Shown in pieces: positions 36,445 through 46,781 of a stretch of DNA of 64,000 nt. Each line of letters starts with the position of its first letter. Within the stretch, counting starts at the first letter, position 1. Location of the stretch: contig DASXZW010000063.1 in NCBI GenBank assembly GCA_036501665.1, positions 8,214 through 72,213 on the forward strand. The letters run 5' to 3'. This DNA comes from Verrucomicrobiia bacterium. GTDB lineage: Bacteria; Verrucomicrobiota; Verrucomicrobiia; Limisphaerales; Palsa-1400. The position numbers and the translations under genes are program-made. The notes under the pieces are model-generated. The model ran no database searches. It was not told where the DNA came from and saw only the letters and a list, made by a program, of their open reading frames with translations.

Positions 36445-38583
36445 CTAGTTATGCGAGCTGATTCCGATGGATTTCAGAAACGGGTCGATTGATTGCTTTC
36501 GACCGAGGAATTTTTCGATGGAGATTTCAACGTCGCGTGAATTGCCTTTTTCATAAATCTCATGTCGCAATCGTTCGCCGGCTCCAATGTCGAAATATCC
36601 GTCCGGCGCTTTTTCGAAAACCGTCGCCATGTCAGCCGCAATGGCATCGGCCCACGCGTAACCGTAGTAGCCCGCATCGTAACCGTCCATGATGTGCGCA
36701 AAATAAGCGACCCACGCAGTGTCCGGTGGTTCCGGAAAAAACGTGTCGGCGGCAACCTTGTTCGCCAATGGGACTGTTTCATCAACATTGTCCGCGTGGA
36801 TTTGCGTATGAAGCGCGAGATCGGCCAGGCCAAAGGCGAGCTGGCGTCGATAATAGGTTCCTTCAATGGCCAGCTTCGACGCCTTGAGTTGGTCGAGAAT
36901 GCTTGCCGGAATTTTCTTTGAAGGATCGCGATAATCGGCGGCGAAACTGTCAAGAACCTTTTTGTCCCACGCCCAGTTTTCCAGCATTTGCGAAGGCGCT
37001 TCAACGAAATCGCCCGGAACGCTCGTGCCGGAGAACCGGGCATAGTGCGCGCGTGTCAAAATCGAATGCATCGCATGGCCAAATTCATGAAAGAGCGTCA
37101 CGACATCCTCGTGCGGCAGCAGTGAAGGGTGGTCGGCTTGGGGCGAAGGAAAATTGCAAATCAGCGCGACAACAGGACGCTGATAACGCCCATCGTCCAT
37201 CAACTTGCCGTCGATAATGCCGAATTCGGCGAAGTGATTGTATTTGCCTTCGCGCGGGAACATGTCGAGGTAGAAGAGACCCATCGGCTCTCCAGTCGCC
37301 GCGTCCGAAACGGCATAAAGCTGAAGATCATCAACCCATTTATACGGCGGCGTAACGCGCTGAAATTTCAATCCGAAAATTCGCTGGTAAATCGAAAACA
37401 TCCCTTCGAGACAGCGTTGGTAAGGGAAATAAACTTTCAGCGCGTCCTCATCGACGGTGTACTTTTCCTTCTTGAGTTGGTTGGCGAAGTAACGCCAGTC
37501 CCAGAGTTTGATCTGCGCGTTGGCATCGCCGGTTTCCTTGGATTTCATCACGCGAAATTCAGCGATCTCGGAATCGAACTTGGGTTGAAGCCCGGTCCGC
37601 ATACGTTCCAGAAAGTCGGTGGCGTTCTTCGCAGTTTTTGCCATTTTGACTTCAATCGCGTAATCGGCCCACGTCTTGTAGCCAAGGTCTTTTGCAATCG
37701 TGTCGCGAGTTACCAGGATTTGCTGGAGCAACGGAATGTTTTTTTCCATTGCCAATTGATCCCGCGCAGTCTGCATTTTAAGGCGCGTCTGCTCTTTTTT
37801 CGCATTTTCCTCGACGGTCAGGTAATGCCACGTGATGTTGGCCATGACAGTGTAAGTGCCATCGGCGTTTTTGATGCCCTTGCCGTCGAGAAAATCCTGC
37901 GGAACGCCTTCAAGGTCGTCTTGCGTGAAAATCAGTTTGTGCTCGGCTTTTGTGACGTTGCTTTTGAAATCCTCCGTCATGCCCGAAAGTTTTTTGCGGA
38001 GCGCCTCCACGTCGTCGCGTTCGGCCTTCGGCAAATCCAAACCGGCGCGACGATAATCGCGCATCGTGTCAGCAAGCAATTTGGCATCCTCGCCTTGAAG
38101 ACTTGGATGTGTATCCTCGTAAGCTTTCACCGCGCGGTAAACGTCTTCGCGATAATCAAGGCCAACGGCCCACGATTCGAGGGCTTTCAATTGTTCGGCT
38201 GCGGCGTCGCGAAGCGCTCCGTCTTGACTGGTTTCCTTGATGACGGAAAAGCGCTCTTCGGTTAGGCCAATGATGTAACCGACTTCATCAAGAGCGCGAA
38301 TCGTGTTGTCGAAAGTCACTCCGCCGGGCTGCAATCGGCCGACTTTGTCAAGAATGCCTTCGGCCTGGGAGATCGTTTGTTTCGAGGAAGATTCAATTTG
38401 GGCGCTCGTTGTTTCAAAGGTGGGAATCGAGATAATCGAATTATACTTCGCGGCTTCGTGCTGAAAATTCGCCAGGTTAAATTCCTTCGAGTCCGCGGAA
38501 TTTGAGTTGCCTGGCGCAGTGCTGCAGGATTCGAGAACGAGCGCCATCGCGAAGGCTGCAAGAATTGAAAGTAGAATTTTCAT
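36445..38583 (-). CDS. M3 family metallopeptidase (oligopeptidase A / peptidyl-dipeptidase Dcp-like), lipoprotein
   Basis: HEFGHAMH is the zinc motif. The lipobox is ALVLESCS. Confidence 0.85.
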   Translation of the reverse strand: MKILLSILAAFAMALVLESCSTAPGNSNSADSKEFNLANFQHEAAKYNSIISIPTFETTSAQIESSSKQTISQAEGILDKVGRLQPGGVTFDNTIRALDEVGYIIGLTEERFSVIKETSQDGALRDAAAEQLKALESWAVGLDYREDVYRAVKAYEDTHPSLQGEDAKLLADTMRDYRRAGLDLPKAERDDVEALRKKLSGMTEDFKSNVTKAEHKLIFTQDDLEGVPQDFLDGKGIKNADGTYTVMANITWHYLTVEENAKKEQTRLKMQTARDQLAMEKNIPLLQQILVTRDTIAKDLGYKTWADYAIEVKMAKTAKNATDFLERMRTGLQPKFDSEIAEFRVMKSKETGDANAQIKLWDWRYFANQLKKEKYTVDEDALKVYFPYQRCLEGMFSIYQRIFGLKFQRVTPPYKWVDDLQLYAVSDAATGEPMGLFYLDMFPREGKYNHFAEFGIIDGKLMDDGRYQRPVVALICNFPSPQADHPSLLPHEDVVTLFHEFGHAMHSILTRAHYARFSGTSVPGDFVEAPSQMLENWAWDKKVLDSFAADYRDPSKKIPASILDQLKASKLAIEGTYYRRQLAFGLADLALHTQIHADNVDETVPLANKVAADTFFPEPPDTAWVAYFAHIMDGYDAGYYGYAWADAIAADMATVFEKAPDGYFDIGAGERLRHEIYEKGNSRDVEISIEKFLGRKQSIDPFLKSIGISSHN

Positions 38584-38627
38584 GAAATTTGATTCTGAAT
38601 CTCATTGAATCATCCTAGATTAGCGCC

Positions 38628-39581
38628 TTGTTGGAAATCAAAAATCTCCAGCTTGACTTCGTTTCGCACGAGGGAAGCGTCAGGGCCGTGGACGGCGTTT
38701 CACTGTCCATTGGCGACGGCGAAACTGTCTGCCTCGTCGGCGAAAGCGGGTCGGGGAAAAGCGTGACGGCGCTGTCAATTGGAAGATTGTTGCCAACGCC
38801 GCCTGCCTGCTACCCGTCGGGGCAAATCCTGCTCGAAGGGCGCGACGTTTTGAAAGCATCCAAACGCGAACTGCGGGAGTTGCGGGGCCGTAGCGTCAGT
38901 TATATTTTTCAGGAACCGGGTGCCTCGCTCAACCCGGTCATGCGCGTCGGCGCGCAAATCATGGAATCGCTCAAATTGCATCGGCCCGATGCTGCGACGC
39001 CTGATGAAGTGGTTCGGCTGCTCAAGTTGGTCGGAATTCCCGCCCCGGAAACGCGTGCGCGAAATTATCCGCACGAAATGTCCGGTGGAATGCAGCAGCG
39101 CGTGATGATCGCCATCGCCATCGCGTCTGAGCCGAAATTGCTGATTGCTGACGAGCCCACGACCGCCCTCGACGTGACGATTCAGGCGCAAATTCTGGAT
39201 TTGCTCGCACAATTAAAGAAGCGACTTGGAATGAGTTTGCTTTTGATCACGCATAATCTGGCGATCGTGGGGCAGATCGCCGACCGCGTCGCCGTTATGT
39301 ATGCGGGCCAGATTGTTGAGATGGCTCCGGCGAGGGGATTATTGCGGCGCCCCCTCCATCCTTACACACAAGCCCTTATAAATTCCGCGCCGAAACTTGG
39401 CGCAAAGACCGAACGATTGGTGAATATTCCGGGTAACGTGCCCAGGCTGGGTTCGATGCCGTCGGGCTGCCGATTCCATCCCCGTTGCGCGAAGGCGCGC
39501 CCGGACTGTTCGAGCAACAAACCAGAGTTGGTTGAAGTCGAACCGGGCCGATTTGTCCGTTGCCCTTATTGGAACCAATGA
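38628..39581 (+). CDS. ABC transporter ATP-binding protein, oligopeptide/dipeptide (OppD/DppD) type
   Basis: Walker A is GESGSGKS and the signature is MSGGMQQR. The C-terminal segment HPYTQAL...GCRFHPRC is the Opp-type extension. The start codon is TTG. Confidence 0.85.
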   Translation: MLEIKNLQLDFVSHEGSVRAVDGVSLSIGDGETVCLVGESGSGKSVTALSIGRLLPTPPACYPSGQILLEGRDVLKASKRELRELRGRSVSYIFQEPGASLNPVMRVGAQIMESLKLHRPDAATPDEVVRLLKLVGIPAPETRARNYPHEMSGGMQQRVMIAIAIASEPKLLIADEPTTALDVTIQAQILDLLAQLKKRLGMSLLLITHNLAIVGQIADRVAVMYAGQIVEMAPARGLLRRPLHPYTQALINSAPKLGAKTERLVNIPGNVPRLGSMPSGCRFHPRCAKARPDCSSNKPELVEVEPGRFVRCPYWNQ

Positions 39582-40540
39582 ACCTCGCATCGGAAAACCC
39601 TCTGCTGGAAGTGCGGAACCTAAAGGTCCATTTCCGCGTGAAAGAAGGCTTCGTTAAAGCGGTCGATAATGTCAGCTTTGCGATTCAGCCGGGCGAGACG
39701 CTTGGTTTGGTCGGCGAAAGCGGTTGCGGCAAAACGACGCTTGGCCGCGCCATCGCGAAATTGGTCGAGCCGACCAGCGGCAGCATTTTGCTCAACGGCG
39801 AGGACATCGCGAAGCTGTCCAGCTCCGAATTGCGGGCACGTCGGCGGCAGTTGCAAATGATTTTTCAGGACCCTTACAGTTCGCTTGATCCGCGCATGAC
39901 GGCGGGGGAAAGCATAGGCGAGGCGCTGGATATTCATGGGTTGGCGAAGGATGCGGCGGACCGCCAACGACGAATCGAGAAATTACTCAAATCCGTGGGA
40001 CTCGATGCCGAACACGCCATGCGGTATCCGCACGAATTCAGCGGTGGCCAGCGACAGCGCATCGGAATCGCCCGCGCGCTGGCCGTCGAACCGAGGCTCA
40101 TTATTTGCGACGAACCGATCAGCGCCCTCGATGTTTCTGTGCAGGCGCAAATCATCAATCTCCTGCAAGACCTCCAACGCGAGCGCGGCATGGCGTATCT
40201 TTTTGTGGCGCACGATTTGACGGTGGTGGAGCACATCAGCCGCCGCGTCATGGTGATGTATCTCGGCAAAATCGTGGAATTGGGAAATGCAAATGCCGTT
40301 GTCCAAACTCCCAAACACCCTTACGCACAGGCATTAATTTCGGCGGTGCCGCAAATCGACGAAACCGCGCCGCGATCGCGAATTTTGCTGTCTGGCGAAA
40401 TGCCGTCACCAATCAATGTGCCCTCCGGATGCCCATTTCATCCGCGTTGTCCAATCGCCGTCGAGCGATGCAAAGTTGAAGTGCCCTTGTTTCGGGAGAT
40501 CAACGCGGCACATTGGGCTGCGTGCCATTTGGCAAAGTAG
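39578..40540 (+). CDS. ABC transporter ATP-binding protein, oligopeptide/dipeptide (OppF/DppF) type
   Basis: Walker A is GESGCGKT and the signature is FSGGQRQR. The C-terminal segment is HPYAQAL...GCPFHPRC. It overlaps the upstream gene as ATGA. Confidence 0.85.
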   Translation: MNLASENPLLEVRNLKVHFRVKEGFVKAVDNVSFAIQPGETLGLVGESGCGKTTLGRAIAKLVEPTSGSILLNGEDIAKLSSSELRARRRQLQMIFQDPYSSLDPRMTAGESIGEALDIHGLAKDAADRQRRIEKLLKSVGLDAEHAMRYPHEFSGGQRQRIGIARALAVEPRLIICDEPISALDVSVQAQIINLLQDLQRERGMAYLFVAHDLTVVEHISRRVMVMYLGKIVELGNANAVVQTPKHPYAQALISAVPQIDETAPRSRILLSGEMPSPINVPSGCPFHPRCPIAVERCKVEVPLFREINAAHWAACHLAK

Positions 40541-40593
40541 CAGGGGTGAGTTAACGTTTTTACTTCGACGCAAACTTTTTTGATGATCTGATT

Positions 40594-40986
40594 ATGCTGC
40601 AATTCTCACACGTGCTGATTTACGTAAAAGACATGGAACGCGCCGCGAAATGGTATGAGGACATTCTTGGTTTTGATGTCCAGCATATGTCCGCGCCGCA
40701 TTATGCGACCCTTTACAACGAGCCGATGAGTATTCGACTTGACTTACATCCCGATCCTTCCGGGCAAAATGTCGGTCGCGGTTCGATGGTTTATTTTGCT
40801 TCCCATGATTTGGATGACGCAATTGACTTGCTCCGCCGTCAGAACGTCGCCGTAAGCGAGCCTCGCCAGCGCGGAGAAAGCCCGCGATTTACCGAATTTG
40901 CCGACAGTGAAGGAAATCCACTCGGTTTGTATGAGATGCCCCTGTTTCAAACTTCTAAATCGAAGAAAACCGAAGACGAAGCGTAG
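40594..40986 (+). CDS. VOC (glyoxalase/bleomycin resistance) family protein
   Basis: HVLIYVKDMERAAKWYEDILGF...FADSEGNPLGLYE follows the VOC pattern. Confidence 0.75.
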   Translation: MLQFSHVLIYVKDMERAAKWYEDILGFDVQHMSAPHYATLYNEPMSIRLDLHPDPSGQNVGRGSMVYFASHDLDDAIDLLRRQNVAVSEPRQRGESPRFTEFADSEGNPLGLYEMPLFQTSKSKKTEDEA

Positions 40987-41059
40987 TTTTGAAGTTCAGT
41001 GACGAAAGTAAGGACAGGCAGTTGCGCCAAGGCGATGTGCTCTCGTCGCATATTTTTCA

Positions 41060-41687
41060 GCGCCAACGGCGCGTTTCAATCCAGCCCAGGGCAACGCCCT
41101 GGGGACTACAGCCAGCCTACACAGCAAAGCCCTGAAAGGGCGATTTAATCCCACACATAACGTTCATCGAACTCTAAGCCGTGTTTTTGCAAAAACATGC
41201 GATATTCTTCTTGAAACGATTTTTTCCGATGGTGTTCGTTTTGCGCCGCAATGTATTTTCGCACGGCGTCAATATTTGATTCGCTGACCGCAAATGCCCC
41301 ATACCCAGCCTGCCAGGCAAAGTTGCGGAAATCTGCTCCTTGCGTCTTTATCCATTTGGAGGAGGTCTTTTTGACTTTTTCGACGGCTTGGCTGATGGAC
41401 ACCGTTCGCGAAAGGTCAAACAAGATGTGAATGTGGTCGTCCACGGAATTAATTAAATTTGCGGGACATCCGAAATCCTTCAAGACGGTGGCCATATACG
41501 CATGCAACGAATCGCGCACGGCATCGTGTATAAATGGTTCACGGTTTTTGGTGCTGAAGACGAGGTGAATATGCAATCTTGCGAGAGATTGTGGCATCGG
41601 TTAAATCGCCCTTTCAGGGCTTTTTAATATTCACGTTTGTTTTCCCAGGGCGTTGCCCTGGGCTGGATTAACACGCGCCTTTGGCGC
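41060..41687 (-). mobile_element. REP-associated tyrosine transposase (RAYT) unit with about 85-nt hairpin-rich terminal inverted repeats
   Basis: The left flank carries hairpins GCGCCaacGGCGC (41060-72), CCCAGGGCaacGCCCTGGG (41085-103) and GCCCTgaaAGGGC (41129-41). The right flank mirrors them at 41608-20, 41644-62 and 41675-87. Confidence 0.75.
41145..41597 (-). CDS. IS200/IS605-like Y1 transposase domain protein (RAYT)
   Basis: The HUH motif lies in ARLHIHLVFSTKNREP. The catalytic Tyr region is WQAGYGAFAVS. At 150 aa it is typical of RAYT size. Confidence 0.8.
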   Translation of the reverse strand: MPQSLARLHIHLVFSTKNREPFIHDAVRDSLHAYMATVLKDFGCPANLINSVDDHIHILFDLSRTVSISQAVEKVKKTSSKWIKTQGADFRNFAWQAGYGAFAVSESNIDAVRKYIAAQNEHHRKKSFQEEYRMFLQKHGLEFDERYVWD

Positions 41688-41868
41688 TAACCATTTTAAT
41701 TGGCATGTCATGGATTTCAGCAGAGACTGACGCATTCATTGATCCGCCGCATGCTGATATTTGCGCAGCATCGTTATTCCAAAATGGCGGCCGGATCGAG
41801 CACAAAACTAAAACCAAATTTGCGATTGATTCCTTCCCTGTGGCTGGAGTCGTGTTATCATATTGTTT

Positions 41869-42321
41869 ATGAATTTGGATGACAAACAGCGCCAGGCGGT
41901 CGCCGCCTGGATCAACGATGGTTTGAAGCTTTCGGAAATTCAAAAACGTCTTGAGTCCGATTTCGGTTTGCGAATCACCTATCTGGACGTCCGATTGCTG
42001 GTGGATGATTTGAAACTTCAGCCGAAGGACCCGCCTCCTCCGCCAAAACCCGCTGAGCCTGTCAAACCAGAACCCTCGGCGGAAGCCGCAGGGGAACCCG
42101 GCGCTGGCGGCGTTAGCGTGACCGTCGATCAACTGACCCGGCCCGGCGCGTTGGTCAGTGGCAAGGCCAAATTCAGCGACGGAAAAAGCGCAGACTGGTT
42201 CCTCGATCAAACGGGTCGCCTTGGACTCGCTCCGGCTGAGAAGGGTTACAAACCGCCTGCCGCCGATTTGCAGGAGTTTCACGTCGCGCTGCAGGCTGAG
42301 CTGCAAAAATTGGGATACTAA
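41869..42321 (+). CDS. hypothetical protein with Pro-rich linker
   Basis: A coherent ORF with an N-terminal helical segment and a PPPPPKPAEPVKPEP linker. No family was recognised. Confidence 0.5.
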   Translation: MNLDDKQRQAVAAWINDGLKLSEIQKRLESDFGLRITYLDVRLLVDDLKLQPKDPPPPPKPAEPVKPEPSAEAAGEPGAGGVSVTVDQLTRPGALVSGKAKFSDGKSADWFLDQTGRLGLAPAEKGYKPPAADLQEFHVALQAELQKLGY

Positions 42322-42327
42322 TTTTCC

Positions 42328-43041
42328 GTGACGGAGATCAGGACATTTGCCAACGACACCGCGCTCGCTCGCGCGGCTGCGGCAGATTGGCTCGACTTGG
42401 TTCGCAAGAGGTCTGAGCCGCATTTGGTGGCATTTTCAGGGGGGCGAATTGCGAAGACATTTTTCACGGAGATTGTCGCTGCAGCAAAGAAATCGGGCGT
42501 TGCTCTCGGAAATGTGGAATTTTTTTGGGCCGACGAACGATGCCTTCCTCCCGACGATGCCGAAAGTAATTTTTGCCTTGCGGAAGAAAATCTCTTTCGC
42601 CCGATGAAGATCGCGCCACACAAAGTTCACCGTCTGAAAGGCGAAGTTGCTCCGAAAGACGCAGTGGCCGAAGCCAATGAAACGATTCGCCGAATTGCCC
42701 CAGAGGATGCTGGCGGAATTCCTGTGCTTGACGTAATTTTTCTCGGGATCGGTCCCGATGGCCATATCGCTTCGCTCATGCCCAATGCGCATCCGCAAGT
42801 AATCCAAAGCCGCGAGCCATTCGTCCACGTTGACAATTCGCCCAAGCCGCCACCCAATCGGATCAGCATGACCTATCCGGTTTTGGCCGCCGCGAAACAA
42901 GTTTGGACGCTGATTTCGGGAGATGGAAAGGCTGAGGCGTTTCGCGAATCACTTCGCCCCAACGGCACGACGTCGTTCGCGCGAGTTCTACAATCGCGAA
43001 AGGAAACGCGAATTTACTCCGACATCGGAGCGCCCGAATGA
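42328..43041 (+). CDS. pgl: 6-phosphogluconolactonase
   Basis: The signatures SGGRIAKTFF, FFWADERCLPPDD and LGIGPDGHIASLMP are present. Confidence 0.85.
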   Translation: MTEIRTFANDTALARAAAADWLDLVRKRSEPHLVAFSGGRIAKTFFTEIVAAAKKSGVALGNVEFFWADERCLPPDDAESNFCLAEENLFRPMKIAPHKVHRLKGEVAPKDAVAEANETIRRIAPEDAGGIPVLDVIFLGIGPDGHIASLMPNAHPQVIQSREPFVHVDNSPKPPPNRISMTYPVLAAAKQVWTLISGDGKAEAFRESLRPNGTTSFARVLQSRKETRIYSDIGAPE

Positions 43042-43062
43042 TTCGTTGGGAGGAGACCAGGA

Positions 43063-44940
43063 ATGACCATCAAGGTCCAATGTCCCTGCGGCGCCAAATA
43101 CTCGTTTGACGTTGAGCCGGTGGACGGGCGAATGCCGTTCGCGGTGAAATGCCCCACCTGCAACACCGACGGCACCGAGTTAGCCAACCAGGCAATCGCC
43201 GCGCAACCTCGTGGACAGAATCTGCGCGTAGCTGCGGCGTCGCCCGCGCCCGAGGAAGAAATCGCTCCAATCCTGAGGCCGAAGCCGATATCGGTGACAA
43301 CCGTGGAGAAGTTGCGCGTTCAGCGAAGAAAGTCGCAGCACGCAACCTGGCTCGGTTGGGGGGTGGCAGTGTGCATTCTGGCGATATTTGGCGGGTGGCT
43401 GTGGTACGTTTTCTTCGGCACAAAACCGCGCCTGGAATATTCGCTGAATATTCCCGGGCCGGAGACCAGTTGGAAGGCGGGCTTCCTGAACGAGGGAACC
43501 ATTCTTCTTGTCAATCCGGCCCACGCCACAGCCCACCAGCTTGGGAATGACAAAAACCTTTGGAACACGCCGATGGCGGCGGATGCCCCATCCGACGGAT
43601 CGGGGCCGCAGCCAAGAACTTTTACCGACTCCAACAGCGTTTGGATTTGCTCCGGCAACAAAGTCCTTTGGCTCAACGCCGCATCGGGGCAAATCAAGCA
43701 GACCATCCCGGTTTCCGGCGAGTTAAAGAGCTTCACGCCGACGACCTCCAACATTCTTGTTGTTTCCTCAACGAGCGATACAAACCGAGTCGCCTTGCAA
43801 ATCGACCTTGCCACCGGCCAGTCCACCACGCGCGAAATCGTCGTGCCGCGCTCGGAAAAACACGAGATGCCCAATGAACTCCCGCCCAACGTCCAGCCGA
43901 CCGCCGGTGTCCTGCTGTCGCAGGCGATGGATGAGAAAAAATTCAGCAAGCCGCTGGATGCGATGAGCAGCGAGTTTTTTTCCGCGGGCGACAACCTGGT
44001 TGAGTTGCGCGTGAAATTGCTTGAACCGAAAGTCACTTACATCAAGTCGATCAAATCTCATCTTGACGGAAATACCACCGCGTCGTCGAGCATGGCCGAC
44101 GTTGAGGAGGATGTTTTCAACGACATTAAGCGCGACCAGACCGGCGGCGTCAAAGCTATCGACGAAAGCCTCTATGAAGTAAAACTTCGCCGGTGGACCG
44201 GGGAAACGCCGATCGAGTGGACCGCGCCGGTCAGAGGCGTTCCAATGTTTTTCCCCATGAAAACCGTCGATCTTCTTGTGGCGGGGCCATCACTCACTGT
44301 TTTTGACAAACAAAACAAAAAACTCTTCGAAGCGAAATTAAGTTACCCGATCAACGACCGATTTGCGCCGGACAGGTGGGACCGTCATTCCGCTCCGGCG
44401 GTGGAAACCAACGGAAACCTTTACTTTTTTGACAAAGGTGTCTTGACAGCATTCGCTTTGCCCGGCGGCGATATTAAATGGCGCGCCACCAGCGTCGGGG
44501 TCACCAATATAATTGGCGATGGCGCCGGGGCGCTTTACATCGGCACCACGACCGCCGCTCCGGAGGACATTCAATATTCCGACCAACTCACCTTTCAAAA
44601 TGCTCATCCCCTCGTGCTCAAAGTGGACGCGGCGTCAGGGAAAATTCTCTGGGAAGCGGAGAATGTCGGACAGCAATGTTACCTCACCGGCAAATACCTT
44701 TACACTTCGATGGTCACCAAGGGAGGCATGGCGATTACAAAGGGTCTCGCTGATGCTTTGAACGCGCCGGAGCCTGACGCGCCCTCATATCTTCACATTC
44801 GCAGGCTTGATCCGCTGAACGGCAAAGTGCTGTGGGATTTTTACCGCAAAGAAGCGCCGGACGAATTTTCGTTTGACCAGAATCGCTTCCTGATTCGGTA
44901 CAGCGACCGCGTTCAGGTTTGGAAATTTTTGGATTACTGA
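43063..44940 (+). CDS. membrane-anchored protein: N-terminal zinc ribbon, one TM helix, PQQ/BamB-like beta-propeller
   Basis: The zinc ribbon is CPCGAKY...CPTCNTDG. The TM helix is WLGWGVAVCILAIFGGWLWYVFF. Repeated G-x-hydrophobic-x-W strands include GDIKWRA and GKILWEA. Confidence 0.6.
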   Translation: MTIKVQCPCGAKYSFDVEPVDGRMPFAVKCPTCNTDGTELANQAIAAQPRGQNLRVAAASPAPEEEIAPILRPKPISVTTVEKLRVQRRKSQHATWLGWGVAVCILAIFGGWLWYVFFGTKPRLEYSLNIPGPETSWKAGFLNEGTILLVNPAHATAHQLGNDKNLWNTPMAADAPSDGSGPQPRTFTDSNSVWICSGNKVLWLNAASGQIKQTIPVSGELKSFTPTTSNILVVSSTSDTNRVALQIDLATGQSTTREIVVPRSEKHEMPNELPPNVQPTAGVLLSQAMDEKKFSKPLDAMSSEFFSAGDNLVELRVKLLEPKVTYIKSIKSHLDGNTTASSSMADVEEDVFNDIKRDQTGGVKAIDESLYEVKLRRWTGETPIEWTAPVRGVPMFFPMKTVDLLVAGPSLTVFDKQNKKLFEAKLSYPINDRFAPDRWDRHSAPAVETNGNLYFFDKGVLTAFALPGGDIKWRATSVGVTNIIGDGAGALYIGTTTAAPEDIQYSDQLTFQNAHPLVLKVDAASGKILWEAENVGQQCYLTGKYLYTSMVTKGGMAITKGLADALNAPEPDAPSYLHIRRLDPLNGKVLWDFYRKEAPDEFSFDQNRFLIRYSDRVQVWKFLDY

Positions 44941-45039
44941 CCGGCGGAACTTAAATTATACCACACTTTGCGGCGTTTGCCGGAAAAAGTTTTTTTGCGA
45001 ACTCTTCTGGTTGCAAATAGTTGAGTCGGGAATAAGTTT

Positions 45040-46758
45040 GTGTTCATGGCAGAGTCCAAGAAGAAGTCCGTCCCAACCAATTCCCCGCCAAAATCCGCCC
45101 CCAGTGAGAGCATGGAATTACCGCCGGAGGAAACTGAAATTCTCCACACCGAACAGCTCGACGCGCTATCGACGTTGCAACTGGTCGATATGATCGTCTC
45201 CAAACTTCCGCCGCGCCACAGCGTCATCATGGACATGGTGTATCTGCGGGACCGCGTCGTTGAAGTGGAGGAAATCAACGATCACGCGCGCGAAACAATC
45301 GAAAAGCAGGACGCGATCATCGAAAAACTTCGCTCGCCGGCTTTCCGCGTCGGAACTTTCATCATGCCGGTCGAACCGGACAAAGCGCACGTCTGCGCCG
45401 GCGGCACTGATTACGTCTGCCGAATTGATCCGCAAATTCCCCTTTCAAGTTTGCAAGTGGGCCAGCGCGTCTTGCTCAATGAAGCCTTCGCCGTCGTTCT
45501 CGGCTTGGGCTTCGATCGGAACGGCCCAATCGTTCGCATCGACGAATTGCTTTCAGCCGGAAGGCTGCGGATCGGCCAGGAATCCGGCCTGATGAATTCC
45601 GTGATTTTGCGCTCGGCTCTTCTGACAAAGGAAAAACTCAAAGCCGGCATGGAAGTCCGCCTCGATGCCAACCAACGCGTCGCTCTGGAAGTCATCGGCG
45701 TCGGAAAACGAATCGAGCGCTCTCTGGAAAGCGTCGCGGCCCTCCCCTGGGAATCCATTGGCGGCCAGAACGAAGCCGTGCAGGCGATTCGCGACACCAT
45801 CGAAATGCCGTTCCTCCATCGGGAACTGTTCAAACGCTTCGACCACACCGTGCCAAAAGGCTTTCTGCTTCACGGCCCTCCTGGTTGCGGCAAGACGCTG
45901 CTGGGCAAGGCGACCGCCCATAACCTGCGCCAGCAAATTCGCGCCGAAACCGGCGTGGACAAACCTGAATTTTTTCTGCACGTCAAAGGCCCGGAAATCC
46001 TCAACATGTGGGTCGGCGAATCCGAACGCCAGGTCCGGGACCTCTTTGCGCAATGCCGCGAGCGGGCGGCTGAAGGTTCTCTGGCATTTTTGTTCATCGA
46101 CGAAGCGGAGTCCATTCTCGGCACGCGCCGCGCCGGGCGTTACAGTTCAATTTTGAGCACCTTGGTGCCGATGTTTTGCTCGGAAATGGACGGTTTGGAG
46201 CCGTTGCAAAACGTCGTGGTCATTCTTGCGTCGAACCGCGCAGATTTGATCGACCCCGCAATTTTGCGTCCCGGAAGAATTGATAGAAAAATCAAAGTCA
46301 ATCGTCCAAATCAGGAAGGCGCGCGGCGGATATACGAAATTTATCTCAAAGACACACTCCCGCTCGCCGAACCGAAAGAACAAATGGCCCAAGCCATTTC
46401 AGACGCGCATTATGCAAAAACGGTCGAGAACCAGTTTTTGGAAATCACGTACCGCAGCGGCAAGCATGATTTCCTTTACCGCGGCGATCTGGCCAGCGGC
46501 GCGATCATCGCCGCAATCGTCGAACGCGCCAAGAGCATCGCCATCAAGCGCGCCATTGAGACGAAACTGGAAACTCACCTGACCCGGGATGATTTGCTTC
46601 AGGCATTGCAGCGGGAATATTCGGAAAACGACCTTTTCCCACCAACCGATATTACCGAAGATTGGCTCAAGTTGACCGATTTCGACCCCGAAAACGTGAT
46701 CAAACTCGCGCCGATTCGCCCGCGCAAGAAAGATGCGGCGGGATCCGGCGTCGTTTGA
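45040..46758 (+). CDS. mpa: Mpa/ARC-type AAA+ ATPase (proteasome-associated ATPase homolog)
   Basis: It has an N-terminal coiled-coil-like helix and an OB-like region. Walker A is GPPGCGKT and Walker B is FLFIDEAE. VKGPEILNMWVGESERQVR and ILASNRADLIDPAILRPGRIDRKIKVNRP resemble Mpa/ARC. The likely ATG is 45046. Confidence 0.8.
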   Translation: MFMAESKKKSVPTNSPPKSAPSESMELPPEETEILHTEQLDALSTLQLVDMIVSKLPPRHSVIMDMVYLRDRVVEVEEINDHARETIEKQDAIIEKLRSPAFRVGTFIMPVEPDKAHVCAGGTDYVCRIDPQIPLSSLQVGQRVLLNEAFAVVLGLGFDRNGPIVRIDELLSAGRLRIGQESGLMNSVILRSALLTKEKLKAGMEVRLDANQRVALEVIGVGKRIERSLESVAALPWESIGGQNEAVQAIRDTIEMPFLHRELFKRFDHTVPKGFLLHGPPGCGKTLLGKATAHNLRQQIRAETGVDKPEFFLHVKGPEILNMWVGESERQVRDLFAQCRERAAEGSLAFLFIDEAESILGTRRAGRYSSILSTLVPMFCSEMDGLEPLQNVVVILASNRADLIDPAILRPGRIDRKIKVNRPNQEGARRIYEIYLKDTLPLAEPKEQMAQAISDAHYAKTVENQFLEITYRSGKHDFLYRGDLASGAIIAAIVERAKSIAIKRAIETKLETHLTRDDLLQALQREYSENDLFPPTDITEDWLKLTDFDPENVIKLAPIRPRKKDAAGSGVV

Positions 46759-46781
46759 CGCGATCGTTCGCCCCCAAAGAA

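Noticed and set aside
37129-38265. A 378-aa plus-strand ORF.
   Set aside because: It is antisense to the M3 peptidase gene, which has a clear HEFGH motif, and its composition is arginine/valine-rich and low in information.
41668-42423. A 251-aa minus-strand ORF.
   Set aside because: It starts in pgl, runs antisense through the 41869..42321 ORF and ends inside the RAYT right-hand REP hairpins. It is an artefact.
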